Origin: Octopus vulgaris
Taxonomy: Eukaryota
NCBI GenBank assembly: GCA_951406725.2
Contig: OX597822.1
Span: 44,020,001 to 44,084,000, forward strand
DNA length: 64,000 nucleotides
Reading direction: 5' to 3'
The notes below the pieces were generated by a model. That model was not told the origin of the DNA and ran no database searches. It was given only the letters and a program-made list of their open reading frames with translations. Shown here one piece after another: positions 1-13,059 of this stretch. How positions within the stretch are numbered: position 1 is the stretch's first letter; each line of letters opens with the position of its first letter. The position numbers and the translations under genes were made by a program.

Positions 1-215
1 TCGTTAGGTGGCTAGTCAAGAAGAACGGGACGTCATCAATATTATGACCAATCAGAATCGGGTCCGACCTATAGCTGTATTAGATCTGCCCCTTGTCTGT
101 TTCCCGTTAGGTGGCCAGTCCAGCGTAACGAGACGTCATCATTGCTTTGACCAATCATCCCGTTAGGTGGCCAGTCCAGCAGAACGAGATGTCATCTATG
201 TTTCGACCAATCAGA
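1..215. promoter_or_regulatory. Tandem GACGTCA-N12-CCAAT units in PLE 3' UTR (3 units)
   Basis: gacgtca-tcaatattatga-ccaat, gacgtca-tcattgctttga-ccaat, gatgtca-tctatgtttcga-ccaat; a regulatory role is inferred. Confidence 0.55.
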
Positions 216-411
216 ATCGGGTCTGACCCTTAGCTGTATCGTATGTGGCCAGTCCATCAGGATTAGATCTGTTCGAAGAGATCTTTTTATAAATTTTTTT
301 CCCCTTTTCCCTAAGACATATTTCCGTCAGTGTGAGTGACTGTTTAAGGTAGCGGCCGTGGTGGAATTTCGCTTCTCCTTTTCGGAGGACCAATCTTTTG
401 TTTTAATATTC

Positions 412-2679
412 CTAGCCCAGGGTGTTTAAACTTGGTCTAAATTTTTTGATGAAATACAGTTCTTTATTTTGGCGTTGCGTGAAGGTTGCGTTGTCACTGA
501 ATTTATAAAGCGGGTAAGTTGTAAATTTCGGATTTACATTTCCAGCACATCTATCTATGTGTCCGCTGACCGGTATTTTCCGGTATTCAGGGTTTCTAAT
601 TTGTGATTTATGCACCGCCATCCTGTTACGTAAGCTATTTTTTGTATGGCCTATATACTGCCTATTGTAGCCTGCGCATGTTATGACGTAAATTAAGTTT
701 TCTGATGCGCAGGTGAAGTTTGCTCTAATGGTGAACTGATGGCCTTGTTCTAGTATAAATTCTGAACCTTCTATCAAGATGACACAGATTCCGCAGTTGG
801 GCCTTCCACATTTTCTAACTGCTGGTTTTGTGGTTGATGTTGAGTGCAGTTTAGCTTGGGTTAAAATCCTTTTCAAGGATTTTGGTTGCCGTTTACTTTT
901 AATGATGGTGTGTGTTTCGAGGATCCGGTTCATCTTTGGGTCTCCCTTTAGTAGGGCTGTGCTTTGTAGTATGGTGCTGAAGGCCTCATTGTTGAGTGGG
1001 TTGTGTGTAGAGATGTAGGAAAGGGTTTTTAATTGTTCTTTCTTTTTTGGTTTTGTTTGTCTCAGGTCTTCTATACTTAATTTGAGTGCCCTTTGGATTG
1101 CACTGTCTATTAGGGGCTGTGGATAGTTTCTATTTGTGAGTGTGGTTCTAAGTTCCTGGAGACGTGTGTGTCGGGTGTTTGTGTCTGATATTATGGTGCA
1201 GATCCTTCTAGCTAAACAAAAAGGGACATTTATTCTAGTGTGTCGTGGGTGGCATGAATCAAAGGGTAGGTATTGTTTGGAGTCTGTCGGTTTATAGTAG
1301 ATATCTGTCTCTAGTTTTTTGCCGGTTTTCTTAATGAGGATGTCTAAAAATGGTAATTCTTTTTCGTTGTGATCCATCGTGAATTGTATATTATCATTTA
1401 TTCCATTTAATAGTATTTTAAATTCCTTAAGTTTCTCTATACCTTTGTCCCAGATGATGAAGCAGTCATCGAGGTATCTTTTCCAGTTGTTATGGATATA
1501 GGTGGCGAAGGTGTTTCCAAATTTCTCGAGTGTTATCTGGTAGAGTATTTTCTCGAGGTATCCCATCACTAGGTTGGCAAAAGATGGTGCAGTACGCGTG
1601 CCCATCGCTGTTCCCGATCTTTGTCTGTAGAAATTATTGTCAAAAATAAAGTAATTGTTCTCTATTATAAGGTCTTTGTTTATGCGAGTTGGGAGTTCAA
1701 AGGGGTAGTTATTCAGCCAGAAGGTGATCGCTTCTATTCCTAGGTTGTGAGGGATGTTAGAATAAAGATTAACTACGTCGAATGATACTAGAAGGGTTTT
1801 CTCATTGACTGTTTTAGGGAGGTGGTTGAGCATATCTATATCGTCTCTTACGTAGCTTTTGATGTGTTTTAGGAAAGGTTTAAGAAGTGTGTCTAAGAAA
1901 TTGCTGAGGCGGTGAGTCTCACATGCTGGCCCTGCTATTATCGGTCTAAGTTTAAGATCATTTGGTGAAGGGATTTTGATGAGTATATCGGTAGATGTTT
2001 TGCACGTTTCTCTAATTATTTGGCTTTTGTGTACTTTAGGGATACCATAGAACAAACTCGATTTGCATTTGAAGTTAGTGATGTATTCATACTCCTTGTC
2101 CGTGAGTCCTTCTCGGTATGTGTTGATTAATGTCCTAAGGTTATGCATTATTTTTTGCTGATTATACTGTTGGGCCCTTTCATAATACGTTTCATCTCTT
2201 AATAGGGATAGCACTAAATTTTTATAATCGTTTGTATTCATTATTACTATCGCGTTGCCCTTATCTGCCTCCTTAATTGTTATTGCTTTGTCTTCTCTTA
2301 GTTTGATGAGGTCGTTCCATTCTCTTTTGTTGAAGTTAGGGCTGTGTTTTTGTTTCTTGATGAATTGAAACGGGAAATTAGTTATGTAGTCACAATAGCG
2401 GTCTAAGGCTTTATTCTTTCCCTTGGTGGGGGTGTAATTGCTCTTGTTTCTAGCTATTGAATCCTCCTCTATTTGTTTGTCTTGAAATTCCTCGGTGAGT
2501 CTTAGTTTTCTGCAAAATTCCGAAATATCATCTTTCATTTCATAGTAATTAGAACGTTGTGGGGTTGGTGTAAATTTAAGTCCTTTGGAGAGTATGCTTA
2601 TTTCGTTAGGTGTAAGTTCTTTGTTTGAGAGATTGATTATCTTAATTACCTGAGGTTTCTTTTGTTTGTCCTTTGCCAT
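412..2679 (-). CDS. Penelope-like retroelement ORF: reverse transcriptase + C-terminal GIY-YIG endonuclease (Neptune/Naiad-like)
   Basis: 755-aa ORF with the N-terminal NLS..L.KGLKF.P motif, the PLE-diagnostic DKG (KEADKGNAIV), RPII, SFDVVNLY, GTAMG..AP and YLDD RT motifs, a CxxxxCxxC linker (CGRPNCGIC), LIY..TC...YIG nuclease motifs and the H/H residues of the CCHH finger. Relative to the copy at 31911 it has a Cys>Tyr change and a stop 3 codons earlier (LG* vs LGQEY*). Confidence 0.95.
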   Translation of the reverse strand: MAKDKQKKPQVIKIINLSNKELTPNEISILSKGLKFTPTPQRSNYYEMKDDISEFCRKLRLTEEFQDKQIEEDSIARNKSNYTPTKGKNKALDRYCDYITNFPFQFIKKQKHSPNFNKREWNDLIKLREDKAITIKEADKGNAIVIMNTNDYKNLVLSLLRDETYYERAQQYNQQKIMHNLRTLINTYREGLTDKEYEYITNFKCKSSLFYGIPKVHKSQIIRETCKTSTDILIKIPSPNDLKLRPIIAGPACETHRLSNFLDTLLKPFLKHIKSYVRDDIDMLNHLPKTVNEKTLLVSFDVVNLYSNIPHNLGIEAITFWLNNYPFELPTRINKDLIIENNYFIFDNNFYRQRSGTAMGTRTAPSFANLVMGYLEKILYQITLEKFGNTFATYIHNNWKRYLDDCFIIWDKGIEKLKEFKILLNGINDNIQFTMDHNEKELPFLDILIKKTGKKLETDIYYKPTDSKQYLPFDSCHPRHTRINVPFCLARRICTIISDTNTRHTRLQELRTTLTNRNYPQPLIDSAIQRALKLSIEDLRQTKPKKKEQLKTLSYISTHNPLNNEAFSTILQSTALLKGDPKMNRILETHTIIKSKRQPKSLKRILTQAKLHSTSTTKPAVRKCGRPNCGICVILIEGSEFILEQGHQFTIRANFTCASENLIYVITCAGYNRQYIGHTKNSLRNRMAVHKSQIRNPEYRKIPVSGHIDRCAGNVNPKFTTYPLYKFSDNATFTQRQNKELYFIKKFRPSLNTLG

Positions 2680-3148
2680 CGTGTGTCCCTGTTCCTGTGT
2701 GTAAGGTCTAAAAAATGGTTGGTGTAGTTATGTTCAAAACTACTATTTATCTGTCTCATGTTGTTATATATATATATACAGAGCAAAGCAACGTAGGTTC
2801 TAAAACCGATTTGTCCGAGAAACAAATCAATGTTACACATTACAATTAATGTAAAAGAGACTAATTCTTTTCTAATCCCCAGATGAATGCTTATATACTT
2901 GCTTACACTATATATTTTAGTATAAAAACGTTTATTCAAACTGTAAATAAAACACAAAAGTGTGTTATTTCATAGATGGGGAGCCCTCTTCCATAAAATC
3001 TTCTGGTAACTGTCTTTCGGGGGTTTCTTCCTTTCTCTGCCACTTTGGCTCTTTAAATCTTTCTCTGAGGTTTCTTTTATTTCTTCCAGTAAAAAACCTG
3101 TCCTATGTTATTAGTTGTTTTTGCCTGCGTTGTAAATCTTTTCTAAAA

Positions 3149-4060
3149 TGAGACATGACATTATCATTAAAAAGGTTTACAGCTGTATTTGCTACCACTG
3201 TATTAGGGTGATATTTTCCCCCACAAAACTTTGCATCTCATCCCATTTAGCACAAATTTCTTTGATTAAAGAACTTGAGACATACTCCTTTCTGTCCTCC
3301 TCCTCCTCAAAGACATTTCCTCAGCGAAAGTCTTTTGCTATTCATTTCGGTGGTAAGCTCAGTTCTGTGGTCTTCCACCATCTCCTCAACATTGTCACTG
3401 TTGACATCCAAGCCCATAGTTTTTCCCATAGAGACAATATCATCAACAATAGCAATCTGTTCGACAGCGGCAATACTTGTAGCTGTCTCAAATCCCTCAA
3501 AGCCTCCTCCTGATATACAGTCTGGCCAAAGTTTCCTCCGTGATGAATTCATGCTTCTGTAACTCACTTTGTTCCATGCATTATCAATAAGATTAACAGA
3601 ATTCAGAATAGTGAAATGATTTTTACCACAATTCTCTGAGAATCAACTGAGTGTCATTAGTGACTTGAAAATACTTTCGAAACAAGGCTTTTGTGTAAAG
3701 TTTCTTAAAGTTTGCAATGAGCTGTTGATCCATTGATCAGTAATCCTCCAAACCTGGAGGGTGAGCGGGAACATTGTCTAACACGAGAAGGCTTTTCAGT
3801 GAAAATTTTTTTTCTTGCACATATTTTTTAACATTCGGGACAAAAACTTCATGAATCCACTCAAAAAAAAATTGTCTGGTTACCTAAGTCTTCGTATTGG
3901 TCCGTATTATTTAGCCGTATTAATAGGCAATTTAATCTTCACAAAAGCGCGTCAAATATTGTGTTGGAACAGAAGTTCATTCAGTATTTCTATTGGTGAT
4001 GTTTAAACACGTGATTCCATTTCTGAAGTGACAAAGGCATATCATATGACATCTATATAT
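3149..4060 (-). pseudogene. pogo/Tigger (CENP-B-like DDE) transposase relic
   Basis: Minus-strand peptides LLVLDNVPAHPPG, MDQQLIANFKKLYTKALF, RKLWPD and MGLDVNSDNVEEMVEDHRTELTTE; frameshifts and stops. Confidence 0.85.
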
Positions 4061-4148
4061 CTCTTCTGAAAGATGGCGTTTCAGCACTTCTTTTTATATC
4101 ATTAGAGCGCGAATAGTTTATTTTTAATGTTTTTACGTTAATTGCGAA

Positions 4149-5680
4149 AATGGAGGAAGCTGAGACATACACTTTCGTCATGTCATGCCTTTTTTTTCCA
4201 AGAAAGTAAAAACGCTGTACAAACAGCAAAAAGGATATGTGTTGTTTATGGATTGGGTGCCATAGCTGAGAGAACAGTTCGTTGGCGGTTCATTAGATTT
4301 AGGAGCGAAAATTGTGAGGCTGGGTTGTGCGATACGCACGGCATATAACAAAACGTAACGTTTTTACTTTTTTGAATTTTCAGAAAATTTTGCTAATTTG
4401 TGTTCTGCACACATGGAAGCTTTCGATTATTCACCCCCACATCACCACCACCACCAAAAAAAGAAAAAAACAATGCTGCGTGATTTAAGGGCTATTAAGC
4501 TGTTATATTTAGCACATCACATGACAACATTAAACACGCGTCATTTGTTTGTCACTCTGACGTATTGATGAATTTTGATATCTTTCTCTTCATAAACATT
4601 TTCGGACTGTCCGTGTTTTAGATTGTAATTAAAAAAGTAAACTCGAAAAATTAAAAAAGAATTATTTTTTTAAATTTCGAAAAATTTTTTGTTCGTAGTC
4701 TTGTGAATTCCCGCGTGTGGTATATAAATTCGCAAAACTTTTCTGAAAATTCAAAAGAATATATAAGTTATGAGGTCTTATATGCCGTGCGTAAAGAAGA
4801 ATTCCACCAATTGTGATCTGGAAGACTGTGATTGTAGCGAAAGGCCTACGGTGATTGACGACGATCAAATCGAAAAACTTATCAAAATTAACCTTTATCA
4901 CACCACTCCTGACGTCGCGGAGATACTCTACATGTCTCATATGAGCCTTATAAGGTATTTAAAAATAGTTGATTTTAGTCACTCGCTATGATGTTTGGAT
5001 GTCTCATAATTTAACAGAACAGAAATTAAAGGACGGCATTTTCACCTGCGATTCTCTGCTCAAACACAACCAAAATGACCCATTTCGGAAAAGAACAATC
5101 GCAGGCCATGAAAAATGGATTATTTACAATACAACAATGAGGGGCCGGAAAACGTGAAATGAATGGCATTTAATCACTGCAATAGCCGGTCAGTAACTAA
5201 TGGTGATGCTCTATATCTGGTGAGATTGGAAGGCATTGTTTATTACAAGCTCCTTTCGTAAGTCAGACATTGAATTAAGATAATCATTGGTCCCAGTTAG
5301 ACCTATTAAAGGATGCAATCGTTGTGAAACCTTCCCGATTTGGTCAATCGGAAGTGTGTTGTCTTCCTTCGGGACAACGCTAGATCTCATATTTAAAGAA
5401 ACACGAGTAACGGCAGAAGCGGCAGAGAATTGTACAGCTTGATTAGGATATCACTGCCACATCCACTATTTTCAGCTCATCTCGCATCTTTGAATAACCA
5501 TTTATTTCGATACCCACAAACTACCCTTAATGAGAAGAATTTCACTTCTGTAGACGACAGTAAAAACCATTGATATAAGTCCAGGAGCCAGAAAGACGCC
5601 GAGTTCTGGAAAAGATGGGATTACAAAGATGCTTTGAATATAGCGAAAGATAGTGGGATACAGTATACAACACTTAATAA
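4149..5680 (+). pseudogene. Mariner transposase relic, interrupted by a MITE
   Basis: KNAVQTAKRICVVYG..RTVRWRFIRFRS (HTH), RPTVIDDDQI, VWMSHNLT (WVPHEL-like), IAGHEKWIIYN (TGDEKW-like), DNAR, and an HP.SA.LA...HLF YSPDLAP-like motif. Confidence 0.88.
4318..4808. mobile_element. Non-autonomous TIR DNA transposon (MITE) with 8-bp TSD, GG...CC ends (Merlin/MULE-like)
   Basis: AATTGTGA duplicated at 4310-4317 and 4809-4816; inverted repeat TACGCACGGCATATAA 4333-4348 / 4778-4793, plus a further IR (ttttgaattttcagaaaa); the mariner frame resumes after it. Confidence 0.8.
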
Positions 5681-5746
5681 CTGTATCCTTCACTTAGAAT
5701 AATTATAATGTGACAGGTATGGTTTACATGTGTCTACTTATTGGGA

Positions 5747-6080
5747 AGGTGCATGGCTCAGTGGTTAGAGCGTCGAGCTTACGATCGTGAGGTTGTGAGC
5801 TCGAATCCCGGACTGGGCTACGTGTTGTGTTCTTGAGCAAGACACTTTATTTCACGTTGCTCCAGTTCACTCAGCTGTAGAAATAAGTTGCGACGCCACA
5901 GGTGCCAAGCTGTATTGGCTGTTGCCTTTCCCTTGGATAACACTGGTGGCGTGGAGAGAGGAGGCCGTTATGCATGGGTGACTGCTGGTCTTCCATAAAC
6001 AACCTTGCCCGGACTTGTGCCTGGGAGGGTAACTTTCTAGATGCAATCCCATGGTTTGTGTCGTGACCGAAGTGGGTCTC
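5747..6080 (+). mobile_element. tRNA-derived SINE
   Basis: A box TGGCTCAGTGG, B-box-like GCTCGAATCC, followed by the CORE-like ttgagcaagacacttta...cactcagctgta. Confidence 0.8.
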
Positions 6081-6524
6081 AGACTTGTTGCGTAAACTCC
6101 AACCTGGATAATTTAAGTTTCTTACTCTACTGAATCTTTTCTCATGTTAGAATCTTGCTACATGTCTCTCAAATGTTTGACACGTATATTCGTATCTACT
6201 TTCATAAGACAATATGTTGTACCGAGAGCTGGAAAATTAAAACTCCGTGTTGTACATCACGAACACACGTTTATGTATGTGTGTGTGTCTACTCGCATAT
6301 GTGTGTGAGTGCACGTGTGCGGGATAGTGAGGTAAGACAATTGCATCCAAACAACATGTTTCTAGGTTCAGTCCCACTGCGTGGCACCTTTCGCAAGCCT
6401 CTTCTATTATAGTCCCAATGCGACCAAATCCTTATGAGTGGAAATCGGTAAAATCCTGTTGCATATATGTAGATAAGTATGTGTGTGTGTATGCGTGTGA
6501 GTGTGCGTGTGTGTGGGGGTGGGG

Positions 6525-7092
6525 TGTAAATTTGAGAATTCCACAAGCCTGCACTTATTTGACAATATAAACTTCCAGAAAGCGGACTGGGGAGCAATCA
6601 GAAAGGATCTGCCCTTTATTGACTGGTCCTTCACTCTCAGTTCCACTGACATTGAAGCGATACGGCAGCACTTTCAGGAGGTTGTCACCTATACATGCTC
6701 AAAAAACGCTGCTACGAAATCCACTGGCACACACAGAAATAGGCTCCCTTAAAAGGGGAAAAACAATCATCAGGTACATCAAAAGATTTAATTTTAAAAA
6801 TATCAACCAATTAAAATACTCCCCCACACATTCAACAACAACGAAAAGGCTGGAGTTTTTCGGTGACGTAGGCTAGATTTGGAAAAACTTCATCTGCAGA
6901 CCAACATGAAAACCTGCATCGAAAATCAAAGAGTGGGTAATAAAACAATCAAACAGAACCCAAAATAATCATAAGAACTCTGTCTCACCCATTGGTCCAT
7001 TGATCGAATATAACGGCATTCCCCAACACGATGCTAAACAAACTGCAGAAGTACTGCAGAAGCAATATCGCTCTGTCTTTAGTGATCTCACG

Positions 7093-7094
<2 letters not shown>
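6525..7094 (+). pseudogene. LINE ORF2 fragment (CR1/L2/Jockey-type APE-RT linker)
   Basis: NFQKADWGAIRKDLPFIDW and IGPL...TAEVLQKQYRSVFS match the typical F.KADW...DW and AE.LN..F.SVF linker motifs. Confidence 0.7.
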
Positions 7095-7150
<56 letters not shown>

Positions 7151-7162
7151 TGTATATATGTA

Positions 7163-7788
7163 TGATTCAAAAACGATTCATTTTTGCGACGTTAAATTAC
7201 CATAATGCAGGCTTCCAAACGTTGCTGTTTCTGATTTTCATTGAGCTCATGTCGAACCCACTTATCCAACTTTTTAAGTTTACCGACTTGAACTTGGTGA
7301 CTCAATATTGTTTGCTTGCTAACACCATACAACAACGATAATTCACGCACACTTTGAGATGGATCTGACTCGACAGTAGCTTTCAGTTCGTCATTATCCA
7401 CCTTTGTTTCAGGTCGACCGCTTTGCTCATTTGTGAGCTCAAAGTTAGCAGAACGAAATTTTGCAAACTAATTTCAAACGGTCTGCTGTGAATTAGAATA
7501 AAATACACCCTTAATATTCCGAGCAGTTTGTGATGCTGTATTTCCATATAAGAATTCATATTTCAAAATTGTACCAATTTCCAACTTATCCATCTCTAAA
7601 TAAAAATAGCAACAAAAAAATCGATGTATACATACTTTATAAAGCGCGAAATGAGTTAGTATAAAGAAATAGATGTCAGTTTTCTAGAAAAAAAATAAAG
7701 ACTGTCAAAATATAATAATGGCGTAAAATGAGTAGCTGTCAAAGTTTTCCATACACCTTACTACAAATTTCATACTTGACGACCTAAT
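7163..7788 (-). mobile_element. Mariner 5' fragment (TIR + transposase N-terminus)
   Basis: TA-ttaggtcgtcaagtatgaaattt terminus; peptide KYEF..TARNI..FAKFRS..SGRP..DNDELKATVESDP..KKLDKWVRHELNE. Confidence 0.85.
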
Positions 7789-7806
7789 ATATATGTATAT
7801 ATATAT

Positions 7807-7891
<85 letters not shown>

Positions 7892-7915
7892 TGGGATATA
7901 TATATATATATGGTA

Positions 7916-8180
7916 TACGGTACTTCGTCTAAAACACTTTAGTCTGAGATGCTTTGATCTAAAGCATTTTTGTCAAAAGACGAAAACGTCTATTAGAGTA
8001 TAGTTATTTGTAACTTAAACATTTTTTAAGATTCTATAGAAAAAATAGACATTAGACCAATGTGATTTTAGACAAAATATCTTTAGACTATAGGGTGTTT
8101 ATACCAAAGTCATTTTAGGCCAAACTCCTTTAGACCATAGCGCATATTTTTAGAAGTGTTTTAGACGAAAAGTCCTAGAT
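7916..8180. mobile_element. MITE with 16-bp inverted repeat and ~15-bp subterminal repeats
   Basis: TTCGTCTAAAACACTT (7924-7939) / AAGTGTTTTAGACGAA (8154-8169); internal ttagacca/ttagacaa repeats at ~15-bp period. Confidence 0.7.
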
Positions 8181-8254
8181 CTGTAAATATATATATGATC
8201 GACCGCTAGCCATTAAGCATCTCCCCCCCCCTATTTGTTTATTTTCTCGTGTTC

Positions 8255-8290
8255 CTTTCTGTCGAAGAGCGTAGGCTCGAGACGCAAAAG
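8255..8290 (+). ncRNA. Degenerate minimal hammerhead motif, CUGUNGA family
   Basis: cttt-CTGTCGA-a-gagc(gtag)gctc-GAGAC-GCA-aaag; homologous to 20739-20776 but with core mutations. Confidence 0.5.
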
Positions 8291-8346
8291 ACTTTCTCAC
8301 CTTCCCGAGCGTGAAACTAATACACCTATTTGTTCTTTACACATAT

Positions 8347-8521
8347 GTGTGGCTGTGTGGTAAGTAGCTTACTTACGAACCACATGGTTCCGGGTTCATT
8401 CACACCGCGTGGCACCTTGGGCAAGTGTCTTCTACTATAGCCTCGGGCCGACCAAAACCTTGTGAGTGCATTTGGTAGACGGAAACTGAAAAAGCCGGTC
8501 ATATATATGTATGTATATATG

Positions 8522-8574
<53 letters not shown>

Positions 8575-8790
8575 TTATACGTCTGTGTGTCTGTATTTGT
8601 TTCCCCAACATCGCTTGACAACCGATGCTGGTGTGTTTACGTCCCCGGAACTTAGCTGTTCGGTATGAGAGACCTATAGAAGTACTAGGCTTACAAAGAA
8701 TAAGTCCTGGGGTCGATTTGCTCGACTAAAGGCGGTGCTCCAGCACGGCCACAGTCAAATGACCGAAACAAATAAAAGAGTAAAAGAGTA
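8347..8790 (+). mobile_element. Bipartite tRNA-derived SINE with internal microsatellite (family A; dominant repeat of the window)
   Basis: gtggctgtgtggtaag (A box)...gggttcagtccc (B box)...ccttgggcaagtgtctt...(TA/TG)n...gatagaataagtactaggcttacaaagaa...gtaaaagag tail. Full or half copies also near 6320, 9360(-), 10571, 11979, 15843, 19795, 26275, 28775, 36820, 37045-37827(-), 37867, 38305(-), 38840(-), 39527(-), 41388, 41507, 41935, 47783, 50812, 51381, 56282(-), 58190, 60380(-) and 61290(-). Confidence 0.9.
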
Positions 8791-8798
8791 TATATATG

Positions 8799-8882
<84 letters not shown>

Positions 8883-9914
8883 ATTTCTATTAAACCACAC
8901 AAGACTCACGAAGCTCCAAAGTAAACTACATTCATCTATAAATCTATTTCCCATTTCAAATACATTCCTTAGTAATTCTAGCACTGCGTAAATAGCAATA
9001 TTCTTCCTAAGACTGGCAACAAAAAGAGACGATAAAGAAAAAAATGAAAGCACACTCAGTTTAATCAGGAGATGGTCCATCCTTTGCTGTTTAATCGGAT
9101 AATACATAGTTTTGACACTTATAGATAGAAGAAATGCAACGGCAGGTGTCAACCTTGATAAAAAAAATAAATTTGCGTAACGCTGCTCGGGAAAACGTAA
9201 ACAACTTATACTAAATGAAGGCGAAAACTTATTATTTAAAAATCATGAAACCTAAATTTTGAAAATAAACAAAACGGAAAATATGTCATATGTGTATATA
9301 CACATTATACATGATATTCTCTGTAGAAGCATCATATCCAATTACCATATGTATCTTTTATCCTCTGTGTTTTAATCATTTCACACATGTAAGTGTGGTC
9401 ATGGTGGAGCACTCCCTTCAATAATTTTTGTTGGAAGAATCGACCCCAGAAGTCTGTTGCCGAAGCGCTAGATTACGGGGATGCAAACACGGCAACACCG
9501 GTTGTGAAGACGTGGTGGAGGAAAAACAGACACAAATACACAAAGAGACACTCACGCAACCACGCACACATTATTGCACGCGTACACACACATGCGCACA
9601 CACGCGCGCGTGCGCACACACACACACACAAAAGACTACACTTGCTCGAGTAAGACCATTTCCTAAGCCCAGAGTCCAAGAAGCACATCTGTGTGAATTA
9701 ATTTTGAGTGAATAGTGTTGCACCCCACTATCGATCATAAAACCAATGGCATACTAGAGGTAGAGACTATCAGGGTTTTTAATACGAATTTACCGTCTCC
9801 TAAGAAGGTTATTATGGCAAGGCCTATGGTTGCTTTTCTCACATATATACGTGCATACATACATGCCTATATATACGTGTATGTTTGGGAACAAATGTAT
9901 CTATCAATCGATGG

Positions 9915-10091
<177 letters not shown>

Positions 10092-10509
10092 TGTTATATA
10101 AATATTTGTTCTCTAACCGATAAATTAACTGCTGCTAACTATTAGCTGCAGGCTAGTTTTCTCGGGTCTCATCGCGCCAAAATTAGAGACATTTGAAATA
10201 TATATTTCAAATGTAATAGGCCGTACTCCATGCACGCAATATTTCGGTATCGTGTTGGCATTTAGTACAGCAAATTACATTTTATATGGGACCATGCTGA
10301 TGATGGCTGCACTTTTCCTTGCGGAAAATAACAGCCGAAACTGAATTTAGTACATGGGTAAATATTTATTTCGTATATTTTTCACTTGTTTATTGTTTTG
10401 GTTTTGTGTTGAGTTTGATCTGAGAACATGGACTTTTTGTGGAGAATGGCGATTTGACGTCTATATCTAGCATGTTGACTGTCCACTTTTTCGTGTTCAG
10501 TCCTTAATT

Positions 10510-10573
<64 letters not shown>

Positions 10574-10919
10574 CGCAGGAGTGACTGTGTGCCCCTGGCA
10601 CCTTAGGCAAGTGTCTTCTACTATAGCCTCGGGCCAAGCAAAGCCTTGCGAGTGGATTTGTTAGACGGAAAGTGAAGGAAGCTCATCGTATGTATGTGTG
10701 TGAGCTTGTGTGTCTATTTGTCTCCCCAACATCGTTTGACAATCGATGCTAATGTGTTTACATCTCCGTAGCTTAGCTGTTCGGCAAAAGACAGCGATAG
10801 AATAATTACTAGGCTAACAAAGAATACGTCCTGAGGTCGATTTGCTCTATTAAAGGCGATGGTCCAGCATAGCCGAGTCAAATGACTGAAACAAGTCAAA
10901 GAATAATAGAATATATGTA

Positions 10920-11390
<471 letters not shown>

Positions 11391-11457
11391 TTGCTAGTAC
11401 AATTATTGCGATTATCTCTTAGAGAGATTTTAAAACTAGCCTTTTAGCTTATGTTTA

Positions 11458-11496
<39 letters not shown>

Positions 11497-11518
11497 CATA
11501 TATATACATATATATATG

Positions 11519-11551
<33 letters not shown>

Positions 11552-11814
11552 GCATACACACACACACATATATATATACATGTACTGGGTAAGTTTCTGT
11601 GAATTCACTTCATTTATGCTCAATCAAATTATCTCACCTTAGTACACAGACGTGTGATATGTAGCTGTAATCCTCCAGATGCCGGGGAAATTCTGAAACT
11701 GTCGTGTCGGTTCATTAGTTAACACTATTTATGTGATCGGATTTGTCTTCATCAACAAACTCCTGTCACTAAACTAGTGAGAGGTATCATATGCTTATTA
11801 TCAGGCGCTAGGCT

Positions 11815-12129
11815 GAAACCATTTTAGAAGCTGTTTCTCAGAGATAGTTTCTATGTCTATATCTGATATTTGAGTATCAAAAAGGCATTTACGAGTCTAA
11901 CAGGAAGCGAATTTAAGAATAGTTTCCTTCAACATCCACACTCATTCAGGATAAAGAACAGGTAAAATTTCATATCTCTGGCTGTGTGGTAAGTACCTTG
12001 CTTATCAACCACATGGTTCCGCGTTCAGTCCCACTGCGTGGTACCTTGGGCAAGTGTCTTCTACTATAGCGTCGGACCGACCAAAGCCTTGTGAGTGGAT
12101 TTGGTAGACGGAAATTGAAAGACCGTCGG

Positions 12130-12214
<85 letters not shown>

Positions 12215-12400
12215 TGTGTGTGTGTCTGTGTGTGTGTGTTTGTGTGTCTGTGTTTGTCCCCGTATCTTAGCAGTTCGGGAAAAAGAGACCGATAGAATAA
12301 GTACTAGGCTTACAAAGAATAAGTCCTGGGATCGATTTGCTCAACATAAAGTGATGCTCCTGCATTGAAACAAGTAAAGAGTAAATTCATCTGGTAAATC
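11815..12400 (+). pseudogene. Highly decayed PLE-type GIY-YIG endonuclease remnant split by a family A SINE (11979-12383)
   Basis: FTSLTGSEFKNSFLQHPHSFR resembles YIGLT..FK.R...H..SFR; KFIW follows the SINE. Confidence 0.4.
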
Positions 12401-13004
12401 TGTGTCCAGAATGGTAACATACTCTTCTTACCATTCAGTAACGTTGATTTTTTTTTGATAGCGTGGAACAATAATTTAACCTGCATGGAAATATGAAAAA
12501 CACGTAAGCATATCATTCCAAATACTGAAAAAACCAACAAAATTTCTTTAAAATAGTTGAGATATATAGATCAATTGTAGACACTGGCAGGGTTTATCCA
12601 AGCCTTTATGAAATCATAATGCCACAATCCTAGACATCGGTTCCATGGAACACCCGCTAAAGCGGTCCAGATTTTGCAGAGTAATGACCCTTGAAAGTAA
12701 AAAAACCCATTTGCTTTCTTCTACTATACACAATATTCTAGTTACAGAAGTTTGAACACCAAAGATCAACAAACTTACATCTAGTCCTCTTGATTTAATG
12801 CCGTTCACTAATTTCCTCAATCTCAAATCATAAACAGAAAGACAGCTAAAAGATATATTGTGCGATTCTGAGTGACAGCAGTTAAAAATGTATAGTGGTT
12901 TCATTGTTAGGTTCAAAGATATGTGTATTTTTATGAATTGCGTGCACATTCATATCGCATTGTCTCTTATTCCGATTGTGTGTTTATACATACACAAATA
13001 CAGG

Positions 13005-13054
<50 letters not shown>

Positions 13055-13059
<5 letters not shown>

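Larger units (their letters stand above)
1..3148 (-). mobile_element. Penelope-like element, copy 1 (3' UTR runs off the window start; 5' boundary uncertain, abuts a Tigger relic)
   Basis: ORF above; 1-411 aligns by eye with the 3' UTR of the copy at 31380-31910. Confidence 0.8.

Noticed and set aside
1-215. Conserved-variable-conserved units as a CRISPR-like array
   Set aside because: Eukaryotic context, irregular period, 12-nt variable part, no cas genes; lies in a PLE UTR.
412-2679. Selenocysteine recoding as reported for some Naiad PLEs
   Set aside because: No in-frame UGA in the ORF and no SECIS recognised.
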